DNA of 61,363 bases, counting the filler, from Basidiobolus ranarum (taxonomy: Eukaryota), in NCBI GenBank assembly GCA_040143965.1. It is 18 parts of 18 records of this genome, joined end to end, with 100 filler letters (N's around TTAATTAATTAA, not from the genome) between each part and the next. Parts side by side here need not be neighbours in the genome. Positions count along the whole stretch, not along the records: positions 10,277 to 13,599 come from JASJQH010009442.1; positions 13,700 to 17,020 come from JASJQH010009443.1; positions 17,121 to 20,440 come from JASJQH010009444.1; positions 20,541 to 23,859 come from JASJQH010009445.1; 14 more parts are not named here. One strand, 5' to 3'. Made by a program: the position numbers and the translations under genes. Positions 10,277 through 22,560 of this stretch are shown here, in pieces (position 1 is the first letter of the stretch; the number at the start of each line of letters is the position of its first letter). The notes under the pieces are model-generated. The model saw only the letters and a list, made by a program, of their open reading frames with translations. It searched no databases and was not told where the DNA came from.

Positions 10277-12643
10277 AAGCCTATTTATATATCCATTTGA
10301 TGTAAATCAGTGTCATGGAGATCTGTGAGTGCCAGGATTGATCTAATGGAGCTGAACTTAGGTACTGTAGCAAAAGTTACATTATAATCAACTCCCAGAT
10401 TCTGGAATAAACTTTTGCAACTAATCATGTGTTGTACCTTTCTACGGTTGCAATAGCTTGGTTTTTTACTGTGTTGATCCATTTGCTACCTATTGAATTT
10501 CTTCCCAAAGGTAGAGGACTTAAAACCAATGTTTTGTAGTCCTGAAGTGACAAACACTCATCAGACATTACTTCAATGCATCATTTTGACTCTGGACACT
10601 CCAGAGCTTGCTCTAAAGTCTGTGGCTTGTCACAGAATCCTGAATAAGCAAATCCATCATGATTGGTAGTGTTCCTCCAGTTCAGCAGCTTATTTCTCCA
10701 TCTGGATAATTTTCTGGGTCCTGAGTCATCCTCTGAAGTAAATGCAACTTGAATTTTGGTTGAATAGGGCTCTGAAACAGCTGGAATCTGTCAGACACTT
10801 CCTGAATAGTGCTGAATGTACCTTTCTATGGTTCCATTGGCTCAGTCTTAAGCTTTGTAGACCCATGTGCAACCTATTAGCTTTCTCCCTGATAGTGAAG
10901 GACCTAAAACCCATGTCCTATAAGCATATACATCATCATTGAAGTGTTCCATCAGTTGCCTGCATTATTTCTTCTTCTGGACACTCTTTGTGATTTGGCA
11001 TCTTCCTATGATGTAATTTGGACTGGAATTTTTATTGTACAGGGCTCAGACACAGCTGGAATTTGTCAGACACTTCCTGAATAGTGCTGATTGTTTTTTT
11101 TTAAAAAAGAACGGTGCTATAAGGTGAAATATTTGTTTTTTCATGAATAATCACATCTCTGCACTATATTAACTTCTGGTTTTTGGTATCAAACAGTCTG
11201 TAGGCTTTAGATCCATCACATTAACCACAAAACATGAAATATCTGCTTGTGGGATCCAATTTAGAGCATTTTGGAGCTAAAATTAGGCAATATGCAGTGT
11301 AACTAAAGATCCTGAGATGATCAACACTTGGTTTTGTTCCATATAGGGCTTCAAATGAAGTAGCACCTTGTTGTAATCTTGATGGGAATCTGTTTTTGAT
11401 ATGATTGAAGCAGAGACAGATTCAGCCCAATATTGGTAATCTAACTTTTGATCATGTAACATTGATCTTGCCATCTCCACTGTGGTCCTATTAGCACTTT
11501 CTTTAACTCCATTTTGCTGTGGAATACATGGTACAGTAGTTTGTTGCTTATTTCTATGTTTAGAGAAATAGTCAGCAAAGTTTTTTGACCAGTATTATCC
11601 ACCATTATCATTCCTTAGTACCCATAGTTTTTTTTGCTGATTCTTTTTCAACCATTTCTTTGTAGTGCTTGAATGTAGCTAAGGCTTCAGATTTTGATTT
11701 GACAAAGAATGCCTATATATATCTTGTTTTATCATCAATAAAGGTCATAGAGTTCCTTTTGCCACGTAGTGAGACACTTTTCATGGGCCCACTTAGGTCA
11801 CAAGGAATCAGGGCAAAATTTTGAGTTGATTTGATCCCCTCAGAGCTTGAAAATGGCTGTCTGTGAAGCTTTCCATGTATGCTACCTTCACATAGATTTA
11901 ATTTGGTCATGTTTAAAATATGTAAGCCTGAAACAGGCTAAATTCAGAGCATCCTGCCTGGCTTAACATAAACTTTAGAACTTGAGTTTTTGCTTGGCTT
12001 ACTGAGAGTAAATTCTTGGCTGTAGTTTTTGCTGATTGTGTAGCTGAATTTTGGTCTAAATTGAGCCCAACTGTGCCTTTACCAACTGTATCTAGTGCAT
12101 TGTCATCACTAGAGTACACTTTCCTTCTGTGGATTGGTTTTAAGCAGGAAAACCAATCCTTCTTGTTTGAAAAATGCTGGAGGCCAGGATAGCTTCAGGT
12201 GGTCTCTTTGGCTCTTTTTTTTCTCCCAAAACAAATCCCCAAATGCCTTTATCTTCTAGCTCCATTTGATTTTTGAACTTCCAAAGGTGAAAGTATTCAC
12301 CATCAAACTTCTCTGTGAGTGCAAAAAAATTTGTAATAACACTGGTAACCATTCCTTATACAGCTAGATTGGGGCTCATAACCTGATAAAAGTGTTTTTG
12401 AGAGTTCAAAGTGCTTAGGACAAGATCTGGATATGTGGACAGACACTTCAATTTTATTGAATTGAATATGTCCTGTTTACAGTTCACTATGCAATGGGAC
12501 TGTTGGGCATGCATATATCATGACAAATATGCCTGTTAAGTAAGGGTGAAAATTTGGGGTCATTTGGAGAAGTTTTGAGAAAAAAGTGAAAATTGGTTGA
12601 AGTGTTCTAATTATTAATATTATCAATGAGAGCAATAAACACC
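10277..12643 (-). mobile_element. Degenerate Ty1/copia retrotransposon: partial 5' LTR, PBS, gag, protease, integrase and start of RT
   Basis: Gag EKFDGEYFHLWKFK; protease KNLLSVSQ; integrase DLSGPM...FIDDKTRY and MEMARSML...YWAE; RT DYNVTFATVPKFSSIR...QMDI. The LTR begins TGATAAAAG at 12384 on the + strand. Confidence 0.92.
12371..12383 (-). promoter_or_regulatory. Primer-binding site GGTTATGAGCCCC (half-tRNA-iMet type)
   Basis: Lies immediately 3' of the LTR end (...TTTATCA) on the minus strand. Resembles the GGTTATGGGCCC PBS of copia/Ty5-type elements primed by a cleaved initiator tRNA. Confidence 0.8.
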
Positions 12644-12782
12644 TGTAGACTTGTTCAATTGGACCATGACAGATTGTGCCACTTGATCCAGCCTGCTAAC
12701 ACACCTTCTGGCACAATCCGTCAATTACCGTGGATAGCTCCTAAAACACTCAATTGTACACTGTAAGGAACCATATGGCACT

Positions 12783-13599
12783 TAATAAAAGTGTTTAGGG
12801 GACTTCAAAGTGTATTGGACAAGTTTTGGATATGTGTTAGACACTTGAGTTTATTGAATTTAATATGTCTTATATACTGTTTACTATGAAATAGGACAAT
12901 GCAATTTGCTTTGATCATAACAAAGATGCTTGTTAAGCATGGATGAAAATTTGAGATGATTTGGATACATTTTGAGAAAATGGTGAAAATTGGAAAAAGT
13001 GATCTATTTGGTATTTCTATCAGTCAGAGCAATAAACACATGCTTTTGAATGGCAGAATTGAGTGCTGAATAATCAGAATGTGAATAAACTAACTACTAA
13101 ATAATGAGCTGCTATGTACCTGATTTCAACATTCCCACTCAAATAATTATTTTGTATTTCTCTTGAACCTAACTTATATCTTAATAATTCAAATTGCACT
13201 TTAGCCAAAGGTTTGGTTAAGATGTGAGCAATCATTTCTTCAGTAGGGCAATAGACAAGATAAGCAATAATATTCTTTATTGCTTCTCTAAATATATGAT
13301 GCCTGATGTCTATATGATTTGTTTTAGTATCAAATGTAGGGTTTTTAGCTAATGAAACACAACTTTGATTATCTTCAAATACAGTAATAGCACATTTTTA
13401 CATTCATCCTATGTTTGTAAATAACTTCCCTAACCACATAGCTTCTTGTGTAGTAGCAGAGGCAGCCATATACTTGGCTTCTGTAGTGTAGAGTGCTACA
13501 GTTGGTTGCTCCTTACTATTCCAAGTAAAGGCTCCATTACCATTGAAAAGAGTGTACCTAGTTGTTGAACTTCTATCATCAAGGTTGCTTCTCCAATCT
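12783..13599 (-). mobile_element. 3' end of a second copia element of the same family: RNase H, PPT and 3' LTR (12783-13131)
   Basis: RNase H motifs: WNSKEQPTVALYTTEAKYMA, FEDNQSC, HIDIRHH, LTKPL. PPT GAGTGGGAA at 13140-13132. The LTR (TGTTGAAA... on minus) is homologous to 12384-12643 and 20707-21057. Confidence 0.9.
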
Positions 13600-13699
13600 N
13601 NNNNNNNNNNNNNNNNNNNNNNNNNNNNNNNNNNNNNNNNNNNTTAATTAATTAANNNNNNNNNNNNNNNNNNNNNNNNNNNNNNNNNNNNNNNNNNNN

Positions 13700-13879
13700 C
13701 ACCCTCTCTACCCCCACCCCCCCCACCCCGCGCCCCCGTAATAAGACATACTTGTTATATAGATATAGAGATATTCCTATTTAGAATATAGGGGATATAG
13801 ATACATTGGTTTCTGTGTCTGATATATGTATCATAACTAAAGTTAACTATGATGTTGAATAAAGATTAATTATCCAACA
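13700..13879 (-). mobile_element. Copia family-C LTR fragment with a G-rich tract
   Basis: On minus it starts TGTTGGATAATTAATCTTTATTCAACATC and matches 50901-51043 and 25473-25599. It continues into GGGGGCGCGGGGTGGGGGGGGTGGGGG. Confidence 0.75.
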
Positions 13880-13921
13880 CTATATCTATATAAAAAGTAT
13901 GCCTTATTATCCCCACTTATC

Positions 13922-16655
13922 TGTTAAAGTATTTGGGAGCCTGCTAGAAGTGGTTTGGAGAATTAGAGGAATTGGTGGTTTTCACTTATTGATTTATTGA
14001 GTAGAAAGTTGACATTTATAGTTTTAGAAAGGTTTAAACACATTAATAAGTAGAATGTGTTAAGAAAGGTCCCAGGAACATGTGTGCAAAGTTTGGGGTT
14101 TCTAGCACAAGTTCAAAAAATCCATATATCTGAGAATTTCTAAGTTAGTAAAAATATTCTAAGTAAATTCTGATTGAGAATAATGGATAATATCTTGGTG
14201 TAATATAAGATAACTAAGTACTAAGCTTTATATGACTATATAGGTGTTTGGGCAATGCCAATTTCAACACTCTCCCTCAACTAAATAGTCATATAAAATA
14301 ATCCTAATAAAGGTCTAAATTTCTCAAATTTCTGTCTAGCCAATGGTTTGGTTAATATATCAGCAATCTTATCTTCTGTAGCGCAAAACATTAAGTCAAT
14401 AAACTTATTCTCTGTAGTCTCTCTAATGAAGTGATGCTTAATATCTATATGTTTGCTTCTATTATGAAACATGGGATCTTTATCTAATTTGATACAACTT
14501 TGATTATCTTGAAATATTGTAGTTGGTGAATTTTGAGAATAACCCAAATCTGTTACAAGTTTTCTTAATCACATTGCATCTTTTGTTGCTTTGCAGGCAG
14601 CCATGTATACAGCTTCAGTTGTTGAAAGTGCTATGTTAGGTTGTTTCTTTGAATTCCAAGAAAGAGCTCCATTATAGCAAAGAAATAAGTATCCTGTTGT
14701 AGATCTCCTGTCTTCAATATCTCTTACCCAATTTGCATCTGAATATCCCATAAGATCAAAGTTTGATCCAGAATATGTGAATTTAAGCACCAATGCATAG
14801 TGCCTTTCAAATATCTGAAAATCCACTTAACTGCTATGATTTGATCAGATTCATAATTTTGAAGAAATTGGCACAAAACTCCCACAGCATATGCAATATC
14901 TGGCCATGTTCCAACTATGATATAAGTCAAACTACCAACCATAGAATGATAAGGAAACTTTTGGCTTTCATTTAAATCCAAAAACATCTGATTTGAGCCA
15001 TTTTTGGTCAAGTTAAGATTTGTCTGCATTGGGGTAGATCCTGGAATATATTCTTTCATTTTGAACTTCTTTAGTATATCTAGGATATACTAGACTAGTT
15101 TAAAGTTATTGTTTTGGAAGTTCTTCTTATAAGGCTAATAAAGCTGGGTTTGTCTTCTCTGGCCTGAAGTAGATACTATAGTCAGCATTACTCTTTTAGA
15201 ATTTGAATATTTCTAAACAAGCATCTATCTTGCTCTTCCAAGCTCTCCAAGATTGTTTTAAGCCATGAAGTGTTTGCAGGAGTCTGCAAACTTTTTTAGG
15301 GTGTCCCGGGACCACAAGTCCATCTGGCTGGTCTATATAGATCTCCTCAGCAAGCTCACCATTCAAAAGAGTGGCTTTAACATCCATTTGATGCGTAATA
15401 AACTGATGTTTGGCTGAAATTGCTAAAATCAATCTAGTTGAATTAAACTTTGCTACAGGAGCAAAAGTTTCCGTATAGTCTATTCCTGGTGTTTGGGAGT
15501 AGCCCTTGGCTACTAGTATAGCCTTGTACCTTTCTATGCTGCCATCAGAGTTATATTTAACTTTAAACACCCATTGGCAGCCAATTGATTTTCTATTATT
15601 TGGTAGGTTGGTTAAAATACAAATTTGATTATAAATCAGAGCCTGGTACTCATCAGCCATTGTAGATCTGCAAAATTTTGTGTGAGGGCCATTCAGGGCC
15701 TCTTTTACAGTCTGGGGTTCATGTATTTGAGCTGTGCAGGCATAAGACCAATTTTGAGACTCATTGATATAGTAATCAGGGCTATTTTCTGATCCAATTT
15801 AATCACCTGGTTTGTGATAAAGTTACTACAACATCTGGCATGGTATAGGGCACTTCAATAGGCAAAATTTTGGTTGAAGGGTCCACAGGAATGCTATTTT
15901 CTTCATTGTTTTGGTTTGAATCAATTTGATTAATTGGAGCAGGAGAAAATTGATTTTAGTCATCATCAGAGGTCTTTTGGGTAAGCATTTTTCATTTTGC
16001 TTAAGCAAAACATCCCTGGACTTGATTAACTTGGATATTTGGTATCATAGATTCTGTAAGTCTTAGTTTGAGTACAATTACCCAGAAATATGCATTACTT
16101 ACTTTTTGGATCAAATTTAGAACAATTTTTGGTCATAATTTTGACATAAGCAAAGTAACCAAAGATTCTCAAATGTTTTACATCAGGTTTAACTCCAGAC
16201 CAAGCTTGATATGGTGTAGAGTTAGACAGACTTCCAGTAAAACCCCTGTTCTTCAGATATACAGTTGTAGCAACAGATTCTGCCCATAAGTTATGAGATA
16301 AATTTTGCTCATTTATCATAGATCTTGCCATTTCTATTACAGTCCTGTTAGCTCTTTCAGTGACTTCATTTTGTGGAGGTGAATAAGGGGCAGTAGTTTC
16401 TTGCTTAATTCCATGAACTTTGCAAAAGTGCCTAAAACATGTTGTAGTATATTTTCAACCATTTTCAGTACATAATTTCTTGATTTTAGTTCCAGTTTCA
16501 GTCTCCACAAGTGTTTCAAAATCTCTAAAGATAGAGAGAGTTTCTGTTCTTTCCATACAGTAGACCCAAGTGTATCTTGTATAATCATCAATAAATGTGT
16601 TTAAATATCTTTTTCCACCTATAGATAAATTTATCACATGTCCACACAAATCTGA
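13922..16655 (-). mobile_element. Degenerate Ty1/copia retrotransposon (family B): integrase, RT, RNase H, PPT and 3' LTR (13922-14269)
   Basis: Integrase FIDDYTRYTWVY and MARSM...LWAE; RT WVFKVKYNSDGSIERYKA.LVAKGYSQTPGIDYTETFAPV and QMDVK; RNase H YSDANW, HIDIKHHFIRE, ADILTKPL. PPT GAGGGAGAG at 14278-14270. LTR has TG...CA ends. Confidence 0.95.
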
Positions 16656-16698
16656 CTTGTGCGGCAGGCAATTCAGGACTGTAACTATGATATCTTGA

Positions 16699-17020
16699 TC
16701 AGTAATAGTGACTCCAATTCTCCATCCTGTAATGTCTGAGAATGTCTGAGATGTATTTAGACTGATTCAGAGTAATAGATTTACTCAATATATCTGTATG
16801 GATCTGCAGGCCTAAAAAATACATAAGTTCACCTAAATCAGTCATCTTGATTTGGACTGATAGATCTCTTTTGGTGTTCCTGAGAGCTTCATCATTATTG
16901 GTAGCTATAATCAGATCATCTACATATAAGGCAAGTATCACCTTACTGTCCTTATCTGTCTTAAAGTAGATCCCAAAATCCGCCGTACTCTTTTGGAAAT
17001 CAAGTGATTCCAAGTATGTG
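16699..17020 (-). mobile_element. RT fragment of a different copia element
   Basis: ILALYVDDLIIA...MTDLGELMYFLGLQI...NQSKYI. It lies upstream of the integrase of the preceding element, so it is out of domain order (nested or rearranged). Confidence 0.85.
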
Positions 17021-17405
17021 NNNNNNNNNNNNNNNNNNNNNNNNNNNNNNNNNNNNNNNNNNNNTTAATTAATTAANNNNNNNNNNNNNNNNNNNNNNNN
17101 NNNNNNNNNNNNNNNNNNNNGGGGATGTTGATTTTTTAAGAAAGTACTATGTATATCACTCTAATTGTGTACTCACACTGTACCGCACTGAACAACATGG
17201 TAATTCCATCTTCTTTGCTTGTATTGAGCTATGTGAAATAGTATCAAATCACTAATGGAATAGTCAGCAAGGAAGATTTATATATCAAGTGAGAAAATGA
17301 ATATTCGATATAGCTCTTGATTATTTTAATTATGTCAATATAAAATTAGTAATCAGATGTGACTTTATTATTAACTTCCAGCATACTACAGTTAGAAGAA
17401 ATCTA

Positions 17406-20400
17406 CTAGCAATCAGTCATGCTTTCAGGTTGGACATATTCGATTATCCTTGCATGCGGTTCAAGTTTAAGTAGAGACAAGTCGCTCCGAGAACGCTCAG
17501 CAGCATCCAATTGACCACATCTGGTAATCATAGTGGAGAGAGCCTCCTGCCACTTGGTGAGCCACTGAGACACGGTATCGGAATGTAGAGCGGAACTATA
17601 GGTGATTCCACCTTGAAAGCAATTTTCACGTAGAGCTGCAGTAACATCGAATACATGAATCCGTTTGAAATCTCCATTCAAATTACATTTCTCAAAACTG
17701 AACGGTGCTTTTACAGGTTGGAAGAAAGAGTCTTCATTTTTACTTGCTGGAATCTTCCGGCATAGTTGAAGCTTATCTGAATATACGCTTCAAAATAGTC
17801 AGTGGATCTTCAGCGAATGAGGCTTCCATAATAATTGGATAAATTGCAGGGAACCAACCGACAGTTCTTGATATGTCAATTTGGTCACTCTATGGCTCTC
17901 AGCCGTGTCCTTCAATACCAATGGCCATACTTCTCTCGTCAAAGGCTGATATACTCAAAAGATCCTCTAAACGGAGTGATGAGTACAAAGTAGAAAGATG
18001 CTTATCTTTGCACTAGAATTGACTGAAATTCTATTAAGTGGCAAACAAATATTGGGTATCATATAAGACGGAAGTCTTTTCTTCATGATACTCTGCAGTT
18101 CATCGATGTACGATGTAGTTAATAGCGAATTAGGGCTAAGTAGCACTTCAACTGCAGTTTCATTGTTATCCGTGTCATTGAAGGACAAAAATGCAACCAA
18201 CGACATCCGAGATGTGTTAGAGACTAATGGTAGTGCACAAGCTCTTTTGACCTTAGAGTGCTCATATAATGCATGCTTTATCTCATCCCACTCGATTCTC
18301 AAGCCATTCAGTTTGATTTGATTGTCTTTGCGACCAATCAACTCCACTAGCATTAAACCATGCAAGATCACCAATTCGATAGAGCCGTTTTCCTGAATAC
18401 ACGGTGCTCTTCTCAAATGCTTGGGTGGTAAGGTCTGGTTGATTCAGATAGCCTCGGGCAAGTTGTGGACCACTGACACAAAGTTCACCGTATACCCCCA
18501 GTGGTACTGGATGCAAATCTTCATCCAGAATGTAGATTGAGTTACATCCAATTGGTTTCCCAATATTAGAGCAAGATATTTCCTCATTCACGATCGGGTT
18601 GGCCATAAACATCACGGCTACTTCAGCTGGACCATAGAAATTATAAAGTGCAACCATATGTGCCCACGTCTTGAGCAATGCTGTCGTGATCATCTCTGCG
18701 CCTACCATTACCTTTGTCACTGACGGTGTGTTTTGTGGGAGGATATTGCTTATTGTTAAAAACATTGAAGTTATATCCATCATTCGAATACAGAGCTCCA
18801 GATCAGTAAGTAGCTTATCTTTCTCGGCTAATGCAAGGCGAGCACCAGATGTTAAGGCCGGAAAGATCTCCAATACCGATGCATCGAAAGTATAATTGGC
18901 GAATTGCAACACTACGTCTGTTGTAGTCAAATCCTATGTACCATGCAGGGCATCCATTAAGTTCATCACCGCGTAGTGTTCAATCATCACACCCTTTGGT
19001 GTCCCTGTAGAATCAGAGGTATACAATACATAGCATAAATTCGACTCTACAAGTCTACTTACGAATGGATTATTGATAGAGCAACGTTTAATACTCTGCA
19101 TATCACCATCCATCAGTACCAACCCTTGTTGCTCAAAATTCAACTTGTAGCGATCAATGGTAACCACCACCTGAGCATTTGTCTCCTTGATAATGAAGTT
19201 GTTTCTTTCTGATGGGTTGTTTGGATCGAGTGCAACATAAGCACCTCCTGCTTTAAGAACAGCCAGGATAACAACAATCATGAAGACTGACTTGTCGAGG
19301 CAAAGTGGCACCATTGATTCCGGACCGACTCCGAGATTGATCAAATGATGAGCTAATTGGTTTGCTCGGCATTGAGTTTATCGTAAGTGACATATTCTGA
19401 GGTTTCAAATTGTACAGCTATATTTTCAGGGTACTGTGTAGTCACATGTTCAAAAATGGAGTGTAAACAAGTAGGAGTCGGCAGTGTGAGAATTCCCAAC
19501 AGGCAGATCATGGTTAAGCAGATCATGGTTAAGCAGATCATGGTTAAGCAGATCATGGTTAAGCAGATCATGGTTAACGTCACTCCAGCTTTTAACTAAG
19601 GCCGCTTCATCCGAGGAGACAATACTGAATTCTTTGATCAATATTCCTGGTGCTTCTATAATGCCAATTATTGCTGTCCTGAGGTGACTGAGTATCCAAC
19701 TAGCCTCATCGTTACTGATTAGATTAGAGTCATACTTGAGCGTTAGCTTGTAATCCACATCAGTTGTAAATAGCTCCACCACTATTGGATATTCAAGAGG
19801 CATTTTTGTTTGGTCAATTGGGTATTCAAGAGGCATTGTTGTTTGTTCATTTTCTAATCCTATAGCACTCAAGTCGTCGGTTGCTGTGATCTCAGACAGA
19901 TTCTGAATCACTAAAAGTGTATCGAAGAGTGAATGTACATCCTTTATGCCACACCCATTAATTATATTTGATAGACTGGTGGTGAAATTGCTCAACTTGT
20001 GTATAGTCATCATTGAATCCAAAAGCGTAGCCTCATCGTTTAAAAGTATTCGAGTTGGTATTGATGCAAGGACCACGAATTTGTTGGATGTTTCGTTATG
20101 AAATATTTCTTCCTGAATTGACGCTTCCAAATAGAATGTCGGAACTTCCTGTCGGTGACCATTCCGATCATTGGAGTATCTTCTGTAACAAGATAGTTTC
20201 TAGCCAGGTGTGCGTCAGATACCTCAAAGTGCGCATTCTTCCAATAGTTTAGCATCTTTTCCTTGTTCAATGATAATACGTAGTCGAAATAGACATTATA
20301 TGATGGTCGTATAGTCATAGTTAGATCTTGATATGCTGTGAGCAAATCCGTCACAATATGGCCCCTTGACCAACCGTCATAAAGGGCATGATGCATGGTC

Positions 20401-20440
20401 CATATGAAGTAGTCGGCTGAATCTTGAGTCCGGATTACTT
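17406..20440 (-). pseudogene. NRPS pseudogene: C-A module plus remnant of a terminal epimerization domain
   Basis: C domain HHALYDGWS. A domain LKAGGAY, YTSDSTGTPKG, NFYGPAE, GELCVSGPQLARGY, YRIGDL. E motifs EGHG*E and SRTVGWFP at 17850-17920. Multiple frameshifts and stops; the T domain and first half of E are deleted. Confidence 0.92.
19501..19575. repeat. 15-bp tandem repeat x5 in the C-A linker (NHDLL repeats)
   Basis: A(A/G)GCAGATCATGGTT x5. Confidence 0.97.
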
Positions 20441-20706
20441 NNNNNNNNNNNNNNNNNNNNNNNNNNNNNNNNNNNNNNNNNNNNTTAATTAATTAANNNN
20501 NNNNNNNNNNNNNNNNNNNNNNNNNNNNNNNNNNNNNNNNGTAAAGATACCATCATATAGGACTAGTTCCATTGTGCCAGGATTTATCAGACCTTGGATC
20601 AATATATTGGAGTAAAAATGATTGAAGTTGATGATGCCAGAGGGTGATGGATAGTGCCAAATTGTGCCGCATCAATTTTAGAATACTTTATCCAATATGA
20701 TGTACA

Positions 20707-21057
20707 TGATAAAAGTGTTCAGGGGATTTGGAAGTGTTTTGACAAGATTTGGATTTGTGAATTAGACACTTAAGTTTTATTGAATTGAATATGTCCTATT
20801 TATAGTTTACTATGAAATAGGACTATTGGACATGCTTAGATCATAGCAAACATGCCTGTTAAGCATGGGTGAAAATATGAGGTGATTTGGAGAAGTTTTG
20901 AGAAAATAGTGAAAATTGGTAAAAGTGATCTGATTGATATTTCTATCAATTAGAGCAACAAACACACGTTTTTGAATAACAGAATTGAGTGCTAAATAAT
21001 CAGAATATGAATAAACTCACTACTAAATAATGAGTTGCTATTTACCTAATTTCAACA
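20707..21057 (-). mobile_element. Solo copia LTR (same family as 12783-13131)
   Basis: TGATAAAAGTG...AATTTCAACA on +, with full-length similarity to 12783-13131. Flanks GTACA/ATATA could be a decayed 5-bp TSD. Confidence 0.88.
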
Positions 21058-21094
21058 ATATAGAGCACAATCTGGCACTATCACAGACAACAAG

Positions 21095-22443
21095 TCCATT
21101 TTACTAGGATTCCCAACAATATCCACTCATCTAGGCATTTATTCAAATGCAAATACTGGAAGTATTTGATTTTTATATATTCAAGTGGAATCTTGAAAAG
21201 ATTTCTGCCTGACAAGTATTAGCAACATGGGGAGTTGTTTGTAATTATTGCTAATATATTTTATGTCATCAACTCACATTGGCAGATCTCAGCAGATACA
21301 ACAACCGTGAAAAGATTTTGTAATTGGATATGAAAAGCTTTATTACAGGTTTAAAGAAGATAGACTGAATCTATGTCAGTATTCAATACATTCCCTGCTG
21401 TATCTTTCACAATGTGCAGAGATTAGAGGCCCTTGCTATATATTCAGGGAGTTGCCAATGGAGTGCACCCATGACAAAATGATGCTCCATTTGAAATTGT
21501 CAGTATTACTATGTGCTAATCTGATTAACAATGTATCAGCAACATCAGTGATGGATGTAATGCCATGGGGTAAGAAGAGTCCAGAATATATCAACCTTCC
21601 AGCAAAGAGCTCTTTCCAATGTGCGCATGGGTTTTTGCATTGTTTGAGCACAATAACAGCAACAAAACCAAATACTTGGGCACAGAGTAAATACATCTTT
21701 AATTTGGACTAATTTGTTTGTGTGATAATCTGATGGTATTTCTAGGAAAGCTGCAAGACAGACTTCTTGGAGAGATAGATCCAGAAAGTCAGCATTTTTG
21801 TTATAGCCATGGGGTAATCTATTCAACCAATGACATATCTACTTGTGGCAGGACAATTGTTGACTGCAAGTTTGGGATATTTAGACTGAGTTATTTATAG
21901 AAATTTGCCAAAATCCAAGAGCTTATTCTCATTGTGAATGGTAGCAAGAGTCATCTATTTGCCAAGTGTCAGTGCTATTAAAAATTTCAGACGTATAGCA
22001 ATTTTTCCACTGTTAGTTTGCTGGTAAAGCATATTGATGTTGTTGAGATATGTCTGATCAGTCAAGTGTTTTGCATATGTAGAGACTAATCACAAAAAGA
22101 TTCTTGTATCTTTTGATTTTCTTTATGGCTGGAATACAAAGCTTAAAATATCTAAATAAAGGCCTGTGTATTAATTTGAACTCATATAGCAGTAAACCCC
22201 ATAATTTGCCATTCAAAAATTAGTTTTTTGGAAAATTGTTGGACACTAAATACTACATGACAAATATGGGGATCAATATTTTGACATTTAGAATACCATC
22301 AAAATACTGCCAAGAAGCTGCCATCTCACCATCAAAATCCCTGGCAGAATGCAAGCCACCAATGTTGTGATGGTTCTCTAATGGTTTTGCAATCCAGAAG
22401 GATGGATCCAATCCAGATCAAATCAACCTTATTTTTGTTAGAG
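21095..22443 (+). mobile_element. EnSpm/CACTA-type transposon relic: transposase C-terminus and terminus
   Basis: YEKLYYRFKEDRLNLCQYSIHSLL...GPCYIFRELPME. Homologous to the reverse complement of 242-1830. Ends TTTTTGTTAGAG (decayed GGG). Confidence 0.82.
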
Positions 22444-22560
22444 GATACTGCGAGGGCACAATTCTTAGCCAAGACATCCAGGGGTGACACAGCAATCAGC
22501 TGATACATGTTGGGGTGGCAAAATCAGCATAATATATGACCTATACTATGTACTCTGACA

